From Hemiscyllium ocellatum (lineage: Eukaryota), in NCBI RefSeq assembly GCF_020745735.1, contig NC_083419.1, positions 70,944,096-71,008,095 of the forward strand: a stretch of 64,000 nt of DNA, in the 5' to 3' direction. A model generated the notes under the pieces. The model was not told the origin of the DNA, searched no databases, and worked only from the letters and a program-made list of their open reading frames with translations. How positions within the stretch are numbered: the first letter of the stretch is position 1; each line of letters starts with the position of its first letter. Of this stretch, positions 39,251 through 52,149 are shown piece by piece. A program made the translations under genes and the position numbers.

Positions 39251-41219
39251 TCGGAGTTCAGTGTTTGGAGTTCTTATTGTTTCAACCTGTGCTTTGGTCT
39301 ATAAGGCAAAATTACAGAAAAAATATTCACAATTTAAAGTAAAATATTAGGATTTTGGGAGAACAGCTAAGAACTTCAAAGTTTTACCGAGGGTTTGTGG
39401 GAAAGGACATGGAAAGCAGCAAAGTTTCCAGTACTTCGGATCTCTGCCTTCCCTGATCGAAATTGACCTGTGATTTATCATTTTTGAGGATTGTTATTCA
39501 TTAATATTGGTGTGTCAGGTAGATCTCTGTCTCAGGGAGGGTTGACGTGCTTCTTTGTTTTGTGATGAGCTCAGGGGAACATAGAATAGTCAGGGTATAA
39601 ACCCAAAGGGGTGCAGGAGCAGAGGATCTCCCATATATATCTGCACTAATCAGGGAATGTGGACAGAAAAGCAAATAAACCCGAATTCATCAATAACGCT
39701 GTAGAGTACAAACACAAAGCAATTATGTTAAACTGAAATAAAACAGTCGCTTGTCTCACCTGGAATATTGCATCCAGTTTCAGGTGCCACAGTTTTGAAA
39801 AAATGTAAAACTATGAGACAGGCTGCATAACTGCGACACAACACTGTTCCCGGGATGACGTACCTCACTGACTTTGAGAAATGGACTTTTCTCCTCTGCT
39901 GATAGTTTCCACACTCTGTGAGCAGTTGCTATGATCCGTCTTGCATCATTTAAAATCCAATGGTTGAATATTTCCAGTACTTCTGAGCTCTGCCTGGCCT
40001 GATCGACATCAACCTCTGATTTATTATTTTTGAGGGTTGCTGTTCAGTAATATTCCTGTATCAGATATACCTCAGTCTCATTTCCTGGGACTTGCCAGGT
40101 GTGCTGTATCAAATAGATCCCAGGATTTGTGCTTCGTGAGATTTATGTATGAGGAAAAACTCCAGTTCTGAGAATCCACCCTGAGATTGTACATGTGTTG
40201 TGCCTGAATACTTGACTGAAGGTTGTCCTTTTGCTGATAAATGTTTCGTTGGGCGCTTTAGGTGGCAATTTATGCATTACTAACCCAGACTGTCCCGACA
40301 TTGGGAGTACTTTTTGTTTAGACAGAGCAGAGTAAACTTTCAAACTCCGTTGCCTGCTTTTTATAGGCTTCTGGTGGAGGAAAGCTCCTTATTTGTACCA
40401 TTACGTGACCCATGGCCATGACCTTTGGTGCATAAGATGAAATGCCGACGAATCATTCTGCCTCTGGAGTGTATCAGAAGGCATACCGTGTGAAAGATGC
40501 ATTGACATTAGTGAGCCGCATGGTGACACAGTATTAAATGTCTGGATGAAACACAACGAAACAGAACAAGTGAAAGTCCTTGGCTGGGAAAGGAGTGGGA
40601 TGTGGGAAAATGTATTATTACTGACTGGCGTTGAAGAAAGAATTAAGCAAACTCAAGGTTTATTAATTTTTATCCAAAAGTTTATGTTCATGTTAACAGA
40701 AGTGAATACAAAGACTGGATGCCACATTGAGACGAGATTGTGTGTGCTGTGAGCTGTGAATTTTCTGTACATCTGTAACAGTCAACAGAAAGCGAATACA
40801 GCGGTTCATCATAAAAGGGTAGGCAACCATTCTGAATAAGGAACAAAGAAAAACAAAATATATAGGTTTCAAACAACTGGGAAGCTACAAATTCTTCCAA
40901 CCACAACCATCTCAATGATATCAAAATAAAAAGGACAATCCATCAATCGTTGTCTCAGTTACACACTGATAAACTGAAGTGATCTCACTGTGAGAGTCAG
41001 CAACAGGACAGATTGCAGATTGGGAATTCAGAGACCTTGATAAGCAGATCTGGAAAACCCACGAGGTCCACAACTCATTCACTTAATCTGGAAAAGAGAG
41101 AAAGCAACGACGTAGATGTTTATGGTCAGGGACATTCCAGTTTTAATTTTTATTCATACTTAGTAATTACACAAAACATATTGGGCTGCTTGGCGTGTGA
41201 AAGATGTGATTATTCTCAC

Positions 41220-41338
41220 CTTCCCACCAGAGTGACGGCAGCGCTGTAAAAAATACTCAGGAAGACCAGGGTGATGAATGTGGAAGCAGTTGCCATTATC
41301 ATCCTCATATTTTTCAATCCAGGTGCGATCTATTGAAT
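41220..41338 (-). pseudogene. IGHM: IgM transmembrane exon TM1 with internal frameshift
   Basis: tttgtag acceptor. DSIDRTWIEKYEDDNGN in the entry frame and TASTFITLVFLSIFYSAAVTLV in another frame. gtgaga donor. Confidence 0.9.
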
Positions 41339-41758
41339 CTACAAATATAAAGCCGAGAGAACACACTTAAATTGTTTATTGATCCAGTCCGATCTATCTG
41401 CATCCAAGTCATGTAATTGGAGACCATTACATCTTCATAAAGCAGTCAGATGTTTCTCAAATGTGACTATCTGGATCTATTAGTGCATTATTGACTCTCA
41501 GCAAGAACTTGCACATACTAACTGCGCATGTTCTTTCTTCACTGTGCGTGTCAGAATATTTTAAATTAGTTTTTTTCTTTTAATCTATTATTGAAGGATA
41601 TTATTATTTGACGATTATTTTAATTATATCATTATATTTTAAATATAGGCTGTGACAGCAATTTAGTTGAAAATTGTGGCCATCATTGGATAAAAATTCA
41701 AATGTGATTCTCATCTTTAGTTATTGGTGGCCAATTGCTTGGCAGATCATGAATATAA

Positions 41759-41940
41759 CTGAAAATATGTTGCTGGAAAAGCACAGCATGTCAGGCAGCA
41801 TCCAAGGAGCAGGAGAATCGACATTTTGGGCATGAGCCCTTCTTCAGGATGCTTTGGATGCTGCCTGACCTGCTGCACTTTTCCAGAAACACATTTTCAG
41901 CTCTGATCTCCAGCATCTGCAGTCCTCACTTTCTCCTAGA
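41759..41940. mobile_element. Fold-back PLE pLTR mini-element with a 15-bp TSD
   Basis: TSD agatcatgaatataa at 41744-41758 and 41941-41955; inverted arms gctggaaaagcacagca..ggcagcatcc / ggatgctgcc..ttttccag. Confidence 0.85.
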
Positions 41941-42099
41941 AGATCATGAATATAAGTTTTATCCACAGTAAGAACATTGCTTCATATATTTTTTTGTAGG
42001 GTCTCTATATTTAGGATACGTTTTTGTGCATGTGTCCATTAATTTATTTGATCTACTGCTTGATATGTATGGTTTTCCTTTAATGTTTGTGTATGTGGT

Positions 42100-43009
42100 T
42101 ATGAGGTACTCTGACTTCACTCTTGCCCATGTTGGAGTCTGTGCATGAATAAACATATTTATGCTCCTTTCCTGCTGGTGTGCTCACATGTTTGTGCACG
42201 TAAATTTTGTTCAATTCACAATTATAAGAGTCATCCTGCTAATATGCCACTTTGTTGATGTTTATGTTTATCTCGTAATGTCTTTGTGGCTGTTCACTTT
42301 TCATTAGTGTTATCAAAAATGTGTGTTTTTGTGTCTATTTCAGATCCTACCTACACAAGGTTATTTTCATTTTGTTATTAATAAGCGTGAGCGTGCAATG
42401 TCATGTTTTGTTGGATGTTTATATTGATGTGATGATGTCTGCCTGTGTGGCAATCTATCCTAAACCATATCCTGAGAAGCTTGTTTGTGTTATTGTGTGT
42501 GGATGGTTGCTGATGCTTGTGCCATTATCCTTGTTTAATAAATGTCCCACTTTTTGTTGATCTGTGCACTTGCGTGTCTGAATTTGTGTGTATGTGTGAC
42601 TGTGTATACGTACTGATCAAAGTGGTTTAAAAATAAATAATTAAAGTGCCTCTGTCATCATATGTTTGTGATTATGAAAATGGGAAAATAATGATATTAA
42701 TGTTTATCTCTGCGCACTTATGTGCCTGCGTGAGTCGATATGCAGGAGGGCATTTTTTGCATGTTGTATCTGTGTTCATGCATCTATGTCTGTATGCATT
42801 GTGCTGTATGAATGCATATGTATTTGTGTCCATTTGTGTGTTACCGTGTGTCTATGGTTTTCATGGTTATGTGTGAGTACTCCTGGTCATTTGTGTATGA
42901 GCTTTTCTTTCAGTGTGTGTGAGTTTTTGTGAGAGCTTAGATGAATGTTCAAGTACCATTTGCATGTGTGGCTCTGTGCGTGTATATGTATGTGACATCT
43001 TATTGAGAG

Positions 43010-43040
<31 letters not shown>

Positions 43041-43130
43041 ACATAAATGTGTCTTTAGGTGAGAGCCTGTTTATGTGTCTTTACGAGTGTCATTTGTGAG
43101 CATCTCTCTGTATTGTGTGCGTTTCTGCTC
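42100..43130. repeat. Degenerate TG-rich low-complexity tract ending in a (TG)n microsatellite at about 43013-43040
   Basis: Strong T/G skew with tgtg/tatg motifs. Confidence 0.8.
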
Positions 43131-43947
43131 TTATACCAGACTGCAATTTTTATTATTCTAATTTTATTGTTCTAATTTTAATGGATTGCCCACAATTTGA
43201 TCTGACCTTGGTGTTGTAGGAAACATTTCCAATCATCGTGAAGAGATAAGCGTTTTATGAGCGACACTTCTGTTGCAGTGAGAGAATTTCTGTCTCTGAG
43301 ACAAAAGGCCTGAGTTCAAATCCCACTGCCCAAGAGATAACATTTCTGAGTATGTGTATTAGAAAATAGCAACGCGTGTTCTGTATTTGAAACAATGCAA
43401 CATCAGGTATTCGAATACTATAATTGATCCCATGTGCTCCAGAAAACTGAGACAAGACTATGGAATACAAACCGGGATGATGCAAACACCAGGTTTGGAT
43501 TATGGGAGTCACAGTTAATCATTTGTTAACAAGGCCGAGCATGTCCAACATACTCTAAAGGTATTATATTGCATGGAAATTTTATATCTTCAAATAGTAA
43601 TCAAGAAGCTGAATGTACCTGTTAGTAACTGGGTTACATTACAGAGGACCCCTACTGTGAAAATTCTGCACTGGGAGTAAGAGTACAGACCGTTCCACTC
43701 TCCTCTTCCCTGTGCTCCACAACAACTTATCTGTCGGTTCTCTTTGGTGTGAAAGTGAAAATACGTTCTGTCAATTCATGCACTGGGGCAAGATCCCTGG
43801 CAGTTCCCCAGAAACAAAAGTTACATTCAAATTGCTCTGCCCTCTTTACGATCGGTATCTCTTTAAGAGTTTAAAAGTCTCTTAAATTTACGTTTCCAAT
43901 TAGTGCAATGTGGCAGTTTAAAACTTATGTGAATTTTGTAAGAATGG

Positions 43948-44139
43948 GTAAAAACAAGGACTGCAGATGCTGCAAACCAGACTCTAGATTAGAGTGGTAC
44001 TGGAAAAGCACAGCAGTTCAGGCAGCATCCGAGGAGCAGGAAAATCGATGTTTCACCAAGGGCTTTTGCCCGAAATGTTGATTTTCCTGCTCCTCGGATG
44101 CTGCCTGTGTTTTCCCAGCACCACGCTAACCTAAATTTA
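43948..44139. mobile_element. Fold-back PLE pLTR mini-element with a 10-bp TSD
   Basis: TSD gtaagaatgg at 43938-43947 and 44140-44149; inverted arms around a partial hammerhead core. Confidence 0.8.
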
Positions 44140-44368
44140 GTAAGAATGGCCAATCGGGGAATCAGGAACACGAAGTTCAAAACTCATGGTCTACCCGTGA
44201 TGGAGAATGGACATTGTCTGATTTCATCACAGTGGGATTTAGGGTGCATAAGGTACTTGGGGAAATCCTGCAATGAGTGAGCTTTACTCTGTTTCTCACC
44301 CGGGGGAATCTAAGCGGGAACATTAACTGAACAAGACACGCTTCCCAGATCTGTTAATAATCCAATTT

Positions 44369-44611
44369 AACTGTGTGGAGTTTGCACATTCTCCCCGTGT
44401 CTGCGTTGGTTTCCTCGGGGTGCTCCGGTTTCCTCCCAAAGTCCAAAGATGTGCATGTGAATTGGCCATGCTAAATTGTCCGTGATGTAAGGTGCATTAG
44501 TCAGGGGGAAATGTAGGGGAATGGGTCTGGGTGGGTTGCTCTTCGGAGGCAGGTGTGGACTTGTTGGGCCGAAGGGCCTGTTTCCACACTGTAGGGAATC
44601 TAATCTAATCT
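44369..44611 (+). mobile_element. 5'-truncated HE1-type SINE
   Basis: Core plus (AATCT)n tail. Confidence 0.85.
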
Positions 44612-44723
44612 CAACTGCACAGATGGAATAGAAGAGTAGGAAACAATTAATTCAGCAGTTGTCTATTTAACTCAAAACTGGAGGAAAAAAACTTATTACT
44701 TTTGTTGAATTATTAAATACAAC

Positions 44724-45115
44724 TTAGAGATTTTTATTAACAGTGTCCATCAGTGCAAGCGAAATGTTTACAAAACTCGGTTTACCGTTGGATTTATTGA
44801 CTGTTCTGTTGCTGATCTTCAACGGAATCCCTTCATATCCCACCACACAGGAGTAAGAAGCACCGCTGGCCCAGTCTTCCGCTGTTATGGATAACAGGCT
44901 GGACATGAAGAAGGAGGTGATGTCGCTCTCCGCTATCACCTCGGTGTTCTTGTAGTTACTGGGATTTACAGGCTTGTCATGGTTTGTCCATTTGACGAAG
45001 ATCTCTCGGAGGGAGAAACCTCTCACTAAACAGGTGAGGGAGAGAACCCTTTCAGTGGAGATTTCTTCTGTTGATGGCAGGAGCACAGACAGTGATGGCT
45101 CCAGTGGATTAATCA
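44724..45115 (-). CDS. IGHM: IgM Cmu4 plus secretory tailpiece exon (open frame, penultimate Cys absent); internal donor for the membrane form at 44786
   Basis: [20 protein letters not shown]...[12 protein letters not shown]...NRTVNKSNG|[19 protein letters not shown]. ctgcag acceptor. AATAAA at 44733-44738 (minus). Confidence 0.93.
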
Positions 45116-45559
45116 CTGCAGAATATTTGAGACAAATATAAATCAAGTATAAAAATCCAGAATCAATAAATATTAAAGTATGCCATTTTTAATTTGGAAT
45201 TTATTCACTTTGATTATCTAAAAGGAGCAGAATGGTATCCACGATGTTCAGTAAAAGATGTAAAAAGTTTAATTTGAAAGTCACCTCCATGTTTCCAGGC
45301 CACAACAAGGACATTCTGGCCATTTGTCATTGCTGATGGTGACGTCACAACCCAGGCTTCTTCCCACCTTATCTGACTTAATCAGAATAGAATATCCTTT
45401 GGTCTGTCTCTTTCTTAATCAGCTACTTAGCTATCCTGCCATCAGATGCATCATTAATGCTCCCAACGGTGTTTGTTCATTACCAATCAAAGCCTGCCAT
45501 TGGTGTAACTGGATCGGGATTACGCATGAGATCCTGTGTGTTTTAATCTCACTGCTCAC

Positions 45560-45861
45560 CTTTCTCCTTGTGGATGGAGTCTCTCAGCGGAGTCGGTAGA
45601 GTCTGATGGTACACCACACATTCAAAAGTAACACCACTCAGCCAGGCTTCAGTAGAAATGTCTAATTTGCTGATCACGCAGTTGGGATTCTGTCCAGGCT
45701 GGTCAGCAATTTCTAATTTCAGAGGCTTCTTTTCTTGTATCCAGGTGACGGTGACTCCAGAAGGAAGATTGGACTCAATGCAAGTTAATGTCACCGTCGC
45801 CCCCACCGTTCTACTGGCGGTGGGAGGGTTTTAACTGTGTAATCATAGCACACAGTATCTC
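45560..45861 (-). pseudogene. IGHM: IgM Cmu3 exon, frameshifted (302 bp)
   Basis: [51 protein letters not shown] boundaries. Length not a multiple of 3. Confidence 0.92.
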
Positions 45862-46959
45862 CTATGAAACAGAAATCAAAATCAATGGAAAATGCCTCTT
45901 TCGGATGAAAACACCCACTCTTCAGGTTATTTCCTCACAAAGTGAAGTAACCACCTTTGAAATGGCAACTTCCAACTATTGCTGAAACGATGCCTTCTAT
46001 TGTTTATGTATTTTGATCTGTGAAAGCATTCGTGATTCCCTATAACATACCCTGTGTAATTATTCCTAAAGAACACTGGCTTTCTAACAAGTGAAACCTG
46101 TGAAAAATTTAAAATTATCGAAAATACCATAATGTAATCTATGAAGTTACCTTTCTTTCAGAGTTGGTCTCTTACTTAAGACCATGTATTGATATTTCGG
46201 ACAAGAGTAATCTGTATATAATGAAGTCATTTTTATGTCCATGACCGTTACATGCAAATGCTGCTGGTCACGCTGAGCGCCAAATCAGACCCCGAATTTC
46301 GGACAAATTGTAATTAATCCTAATTATTCTCTTCGTCTTCATGCATTTGCAGAGGTTCTAAAGTATTACAGGAGCAGTGAATGGCCATGGAAATTCTGTT
46401 CATTATATTTAATGTGATCAAAAATACTTGGCATTATTGGTATGACATCATTCTCTAATTTATGACATTATTCCTCGTGGGCTGAATTTGGAGTAGATCT
46501 GAAAACAAGACACTGAGTGCAGCACTGGACATCATGAAGGACACCCATCCCCTCAAGTCTTTCCCTCCATTCAATGAGGTCATGACTGGTCTGTACATTC
46601 ACTTTCTTTACCAAGCTGCATTTTTAAAATTTCTTAATTGAACAAAAAAAACAAGCAGAAGCATCTAAAATTAATCTACAAACTCGATGGGAATGTGCAC
46701 AGGTTTTATTCAGATGTCTACTACTCACTGTGTAAACATATCCATCCCAAATCAGGCTGAATCAGTGTGTCTCGAATTCCTAGTTCATTTACCCCAATTG
46801 TAGCATTCCCACCAGAATTTATTCTCCTGCCTCACTCACTAATTACAGAGAGCGTCTTAAAGTAGCTCAGTGAGCGCACGTTTATCCCAGTTGATCAAAT
46901 GTGAAACCCACTTGGTCTGTGGTCTGATCCCATAAATGAAGTTAAAGAGCTCAGTATCA

Positions 46960-47400
46960 GATATTAAAAAAAAACTGTGTCGTACAATGCCCAAGGCTAA
47001 CAAGTCATTCCTGAGCAGGGAATGAATTTGAATGAATTTTGATTTATTTTCAAGTAAGGGTCACTGCATATTTTTACCATGTAATTTTGAGACCACAAGG
47101 TCATAAGATAGAGGATCAGAATGAGACTATTGGGCCAATCAAGTCTCCTCCGCCATTCAATTATGGCTGATATGTTTCTCAACCCCATTCTCCTGCCTTC
47201 TCCCCGTACTAAGCAAGAGCCGATCTATCTCTGTCTTGAATACACACAATGGCCTGGGCTCTGCAGCAATGAGCTCCACAGATTCATCACTTTCTGGCAG
47301 AAGAAATCCCTCCCCAGTTTAGTTCCAAATGGTGCTCCCCTTTGACTCTGAGACTATACCCTTGGGTCCTCGTATCGTCTACCGGTCAAAACTTCTACTC
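46960..47400 (-). mobile_element. CR1 3'-end fragments in the Cmu2-Cmu3 intron
   Basis: Typical gaatggcggag..gagacttg / gactctgagact 3' UTR motifs. Confidence 0.65.
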
Positions 47401-47774
47401 CAAGTTCTCTTAGTATTTTCTAAGTTTCAATCAGATTCCTCTCAGCCACCTCTGACCCCAAATCATCCTTGAGGTCACTACCAGGCAAGGATTCGGCACT
47501 CTGAATGCCTCTCCCAGCATGGTCAGCTAACAAACTATTTGACAAAACTCACTGTCTATAGGTCTTCAACAGAGAGAAAATATGCTTTTCTGATTAGCTA
47601 AAGTATTGAATTATGAGCAATGTTAATGTGACACTCAAACAGAAATAAGAGACACATGACATGTTGGGAAATGAGAAGCTGTACCATTGTGTTTACTAAG
47701 CCTGATAAATTTGTGTGTTTGATTCACATCTGAGTTCAGAATGATTTGTAGCTCTCTCGGTATGTGTCTCTTAC

Positions 47775-48086
47775 CCTGGAGTGTGGTGATGTTTTAACTT
47801 TGAGTTTTCTCTCCATGTGTGACCTGGCAGGTATAGACTGCGCAGTTGAACCATTCACTGTAAGGGACCATCAGCCGACTTGTCACTGAGAAGTTCCTGT
47901 TCACCTCACACATGGGAGACGTGAAGAAACCAGAATCCAAAGGCTGGCCATTTTTCAACCAACTCACGGAGGTTGACTTTGGATGGAAATCAATGATTGA
48001 ACAGACGACGGTTGCAAACTTGCTGCTTGCGATTTCTTCACTGGGATTCACAGTTAGGAGAAGAGTTGGAGGGAGAACATCTGGAC
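47775..48086 (-). pseudogene. IGHM: IgM Cmu2 exon (312 bp) with in-frame TAA at 47794-47796
   Basis: [42 protein letters not shown]...[21 protein letters not shown] boundaries, phase 1-1. Confidence 0.93.
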
Positions 48087-48329
48087 CTTTAGAAAACATA
48101 CATATAAATTACCTGACGAATTTGATAACAAATGCAAACAGTTTTTATATATCAAGGTCTCTTGTAGTTAATGGATACTAACCCCGATATTACCAGAATC
48201 ATAATTGTGCAGAGTGCGAGAGAAACTGGGATCCACACAGAAAGATCAGCAGGACAACGTGAAGGGCTAAAATTAGAGGACACAGCAAGGGAGTCAAGGA
48301 GGCATAGAAATGTTAGGCTAGTTAAATCA

Positions 48330-51060
48330 GAAGGGAAATAGCAATGTTGGATGGTATTGGTTTTAATGAAAGAGTTTGATGAACAAGGCAAATGAATTAA
48401 TGGCTTAAATGAGGAAATGACGTAGTTGCTATCACAGACATGTTGAGAGAGGGGCAGGAGTGATTATTCAATATTCCAGGATTTAGTATCTTGAGGCGAG
48501 ACAGGGAAAGATGGAATAGGATGGGGGGGGGGGGGGGGGGGGGGGGGGGTGGAGTAGGGGAGGTGGTCGAGAATGTCGGTTCTGTTGTAATTCTGACAAG
48601 AGTATTTTCAGCTGGAAAGAGAAATTAAATGATGGATACTTCCTTGAACGAAGGCAAATGGCCAGTACTTCAAAACCAAAATACAGCAAACATAACAACT
48701 GGGAGAGCACGATGGACCTTACTGTAGGTCCATAAGGCTGAGAAGTGCAGATACATGGGCAGATTTTAGAGAAACATAAGTTAAATAGGGGAATGAGAAA
48801 AGAGGATTTTAACTTCCTCAGCGTAGGATTGGATATTCATTTTGTCAACCATTTAGAGGCAGCAGAAATCTGAAAATGTCCTAGGAGAATATTTTAACAA
48901 AGTTTGTGTTTAATACAGAGAATTTTAACCCAGACCTTGCAAGAGAGGGGTGAACCTGGACTTAACTTTGGGGGATGAAGTCGACCCAGTGGGTAAAACA
49001 CCAAGGTTGCAGCACTTGACAGACAGCGATTGTAAATCTGCTGGATTCCAGATTGTTCTGGAAAGGGATAGAAATGGGCCCAAAGTTCTGAAAGGGGAAG
49101 GACAATGTTAATAAGGTCAGGTAATTATTTGAACAGAATTGGCTGGAAGCTGACACTTGGTGGTAAATCTAAGTCAGAACAGTGGGCCACATTTAAGAGC
49201 AAAAATAGGAAAAGCACAGGGAAGACATTTCCCATGAAGCCACAGCGTGGAACCAAGAATGCAGCGAGCCCTGAGCATAAAAGGGCATGGAGGGTGAGAT
49301 AACGAAAGACAAGGGAGCCTTCTGGTCTATACTGAAATCTCAAAACAATAGAAACTAGAATGAAGTACAGAACGTGAAAGGGGGTGTTTGCAAGAAAGAG
49401 GAATTAGGAGAGCAAAAGGAACCATAAGAACATAATAGCAGTCAAAATAAAGGAAAGTATTTTTAAAAGTTACAGGCTCATTCATAAACGAGTAATTCGG
49501 GAAACAGTAATGCCCATAAGTGTTATTATTGGCGTGGAGCCAGAGGATTAGGTTGCGGTGGAAACAAATGTGTTGTGTCAGTGTTCACTGGTCAGAGGGA
49601 CAATGTGGGGACAGAAATCATGGAGAAGTGTTGTGATGTACTCGCAGAAATTAGGACAGATAATGTGATGTTCTGTGATGTCTTGCTGGATGAAAAGTGG
49701 TTATATTTCCAGGGCAGATGAAATGTATAACAAGCTGTTGAGTGTTGCAAAGGATGAAATAGTTGGGTCGTTGACTATAATTTAGAATTACTGTCTGGCC
49801 ACAGGAGTTGTGCCAAGTGAGTGTAGATCAGCCAACGTTGCACTGTTATGCAAGACGAATGAAGGGATAAACAATGAAACCACAGATCTGTCAAGCTCGT
49901 CTCAGTGGTAGAGAAACTATTGGAACTATTGAGGAGCAGAATTAGTCTTCATTTGGAAGATCAATCAACAATTTTCAGCATGGTTTTATTCAGAGGAAGT
50001 CATGTCTTAAAAATTTGATGGTAGTTTTCAAAGAGATAACTCAATGTCCAGTTGATAGCAATAATCAGAGCCAATAGGATCCAAATTAATTTGACAAATT
50101 GGATCCAGAATTGGCTGAGTGGTGGGGAGAAGGGGATAATGGTCATAGTGCATCTGCATGACTGGAAATCTATGCCTTGTGGTGATCTGCAGGGATCCGT
50201 GTTGATTTCCTTGCTATTTCTCTTATATATCAATGGTTGAGGCGAGAATGTAGGAGGGTTAACCAGTAAGTTCACAGATGAAAGGAAGTTGTCGTGTTGG
50301 TAAATCATGAGCATGATAGCTTCAGATTTCAGGAGGATGTACAAGGGTTAGTTATATGTGAAGAGAAGTTGCAGATGGAAATCATTCTGGATAAGTGTAA
50401 GGTGACATAATTCGGCAGAAGAATCTGCGAGGTATTACGTTTTGAATGGCGGAACCCTGGAAAGGACTGAAGGTCTTTAGTGTACATGCTCACCGGTCCC
50501 CTATAGTACTGTGTTGGCTGGATAAAGAGGTTAAGAAGGTCTGTAGGATATTTGTTTTGATTAGCCGAGACATTGACAATGAAGAGTAGGAAGATGATAC
50601 TGGAACAAAATAAAACACTGGTTCGGCCATACTGAAGCATTGTGTGCATGTTATCGAAGGAATGTGATTATACTGAAGGCAGCATTGATGAGATTTGCCA
50701 GGATTTTGCAGGGATTGGAGGGTTTTAGTTGTGAAGCCAGATTAGATAGATGGGGATTTTCCTTGGAGCAGAGGGGAATTAGGGAGAAGATGATTGTGAT
50801 GTCCATGCCTAAAATAATACCAGACAGGGTAAACTGTACAAACCCTTGAGGAAGAGATCAATGCCTCGAGGGCACAAGGTGAAGGTAAGACCAGGTGGTT
50901 TAGGGTGGAACTCAGGGGAAAACAAAATCAAACAGAGGGTGGTGTGAGTCTGGAGCTCAGTGCCTACAAGTCATGTAGAGACTGAGCCCCTCATAACATG
51001 TATGAAGATGTATCCTTGCAAAGGCAAGTCACACAAGGCAATGGGTCAAGTACTGGTATA
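48330..51060 (+). mobile_element. Old, heavily mutated CR1 ORF2 through 3' end
   Basis: Remnants of endonuclease (vaitd, edfn), RT (QGSVL) and 3' (FARIL, WSS) motifs. Confidence 0.75.
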
Positions 51061-51074
51061 TGAGACTGGAATAG

Positions 51075-51655
51075 TTAGATTAGATTATTTACAGTGTGGA
51101 AACAGGCCCTTTGGCCCAGCAAGTCCACACCAAACCACCCAGACACATTCCCTTACATTTACTCCTTCACCTAACACTACGGGCAATTTAGCATGGCCAG
51201 TTCACCTAATCTGCACATTTTAGGACTCTGGAGCACCCGGAAGAAACCCATGCAGACACAGGGAGAATGTACAAACTCCGCACACTTTCACTGGATTGCA
51301 AGTGAAGAACAGAGAGGTTTCACAAAATACAAACCAAGGAAATGCGGATTCATTGAAATTCTACTGTGAGTGCAACAGGCCATTTGACTCAACAAATCCA
51401 CACCCACCCTCTGAAAAGTAACCCATCCTGACCCATTCCCCTACCCTATTACTCTACATTTAACCCTGACTAATGGACCTAACCTCCCAATCCCTGAACA
51501 CAACATGGCCAATTCACCCAGATTGTATATCTTTGGACTTTGGGAGGAAACCCACACAGACACGGGAAGAATGTGCAAACTCGACACAGACAGTGGCCTG
51601 AGGCTGGAATCGAACCAGAGTCCCTAGCGCTGTGAGGCAGTAATGCTAACCATGG
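51075..51655 (-). mobile_element. Two tandem HE1-type SINE copies (51075-51281 partial, 51362-51655)
   Basis: Reverse-complement SINE cores and tails. Confidence 0.82.
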
Positions 51656-52149
51656 AATCAGTGTGCTGCTCCACAAGGCACCATGCTGCTGGAAATCAGA
51701 AACAAAAACAGAAATTGCTGGAAAAATCCAACAGCTGGCAGTATCTCTGGACAGAAATCAGAGTGAACAGTTCAGATCCAGTGAGCCCTCCTCATTTATC
51801 AATGCAAGGCAGAATGGTCTCTCTGGGAGGAAGGTCACTGCAGCAGCACAGGCAGGAGCTGAGCACTGGGACTGGGAGGATGGCTGTCACAACTGACCTC
51901 ATGCCAATTGGCTGGAAGTTGAAATTTCTAATTTATAATTATCTTAACTCTGGAGGCCTCTGAAAAATGGAGGACCATTAAGATTCAGAGACTTCGAAGC
52001 ATTACAGCTAACTCAGCTGACTATTTATGTCAATATGATTTGAGAAATTAACAAGTACTCTTTAACTTTAATAACTATCAAACTGACACAGTTCACCACC
52101 AAACTCTCATCTTTCAGACTAACCACTCCCTCTTTGCCTCGACCTAAAT

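Noticed and set aside
40960-41000. Possible IgM TM2 exon (ctctcacag|tgagatc on minus, AATAAA near 40661)
   Set aside because: The position is plausible, but the expected GTG AAA TGA is not present, so it is too weak to call.
43260-43335. B-box-like gagttcaaatcc (and an A-box-like motif at about 46861)
   Set aside because: No cloverleaf; most likely decayed SINE heads rather than tRNA genes.
48100-48330. Candidate location for Cmu1 just upstream of Cmu2
   Set aside because: No Cys/Trp Ig-domain pattern in the frames I could read, and the only nearby donor is 28 nt from the acceptor.
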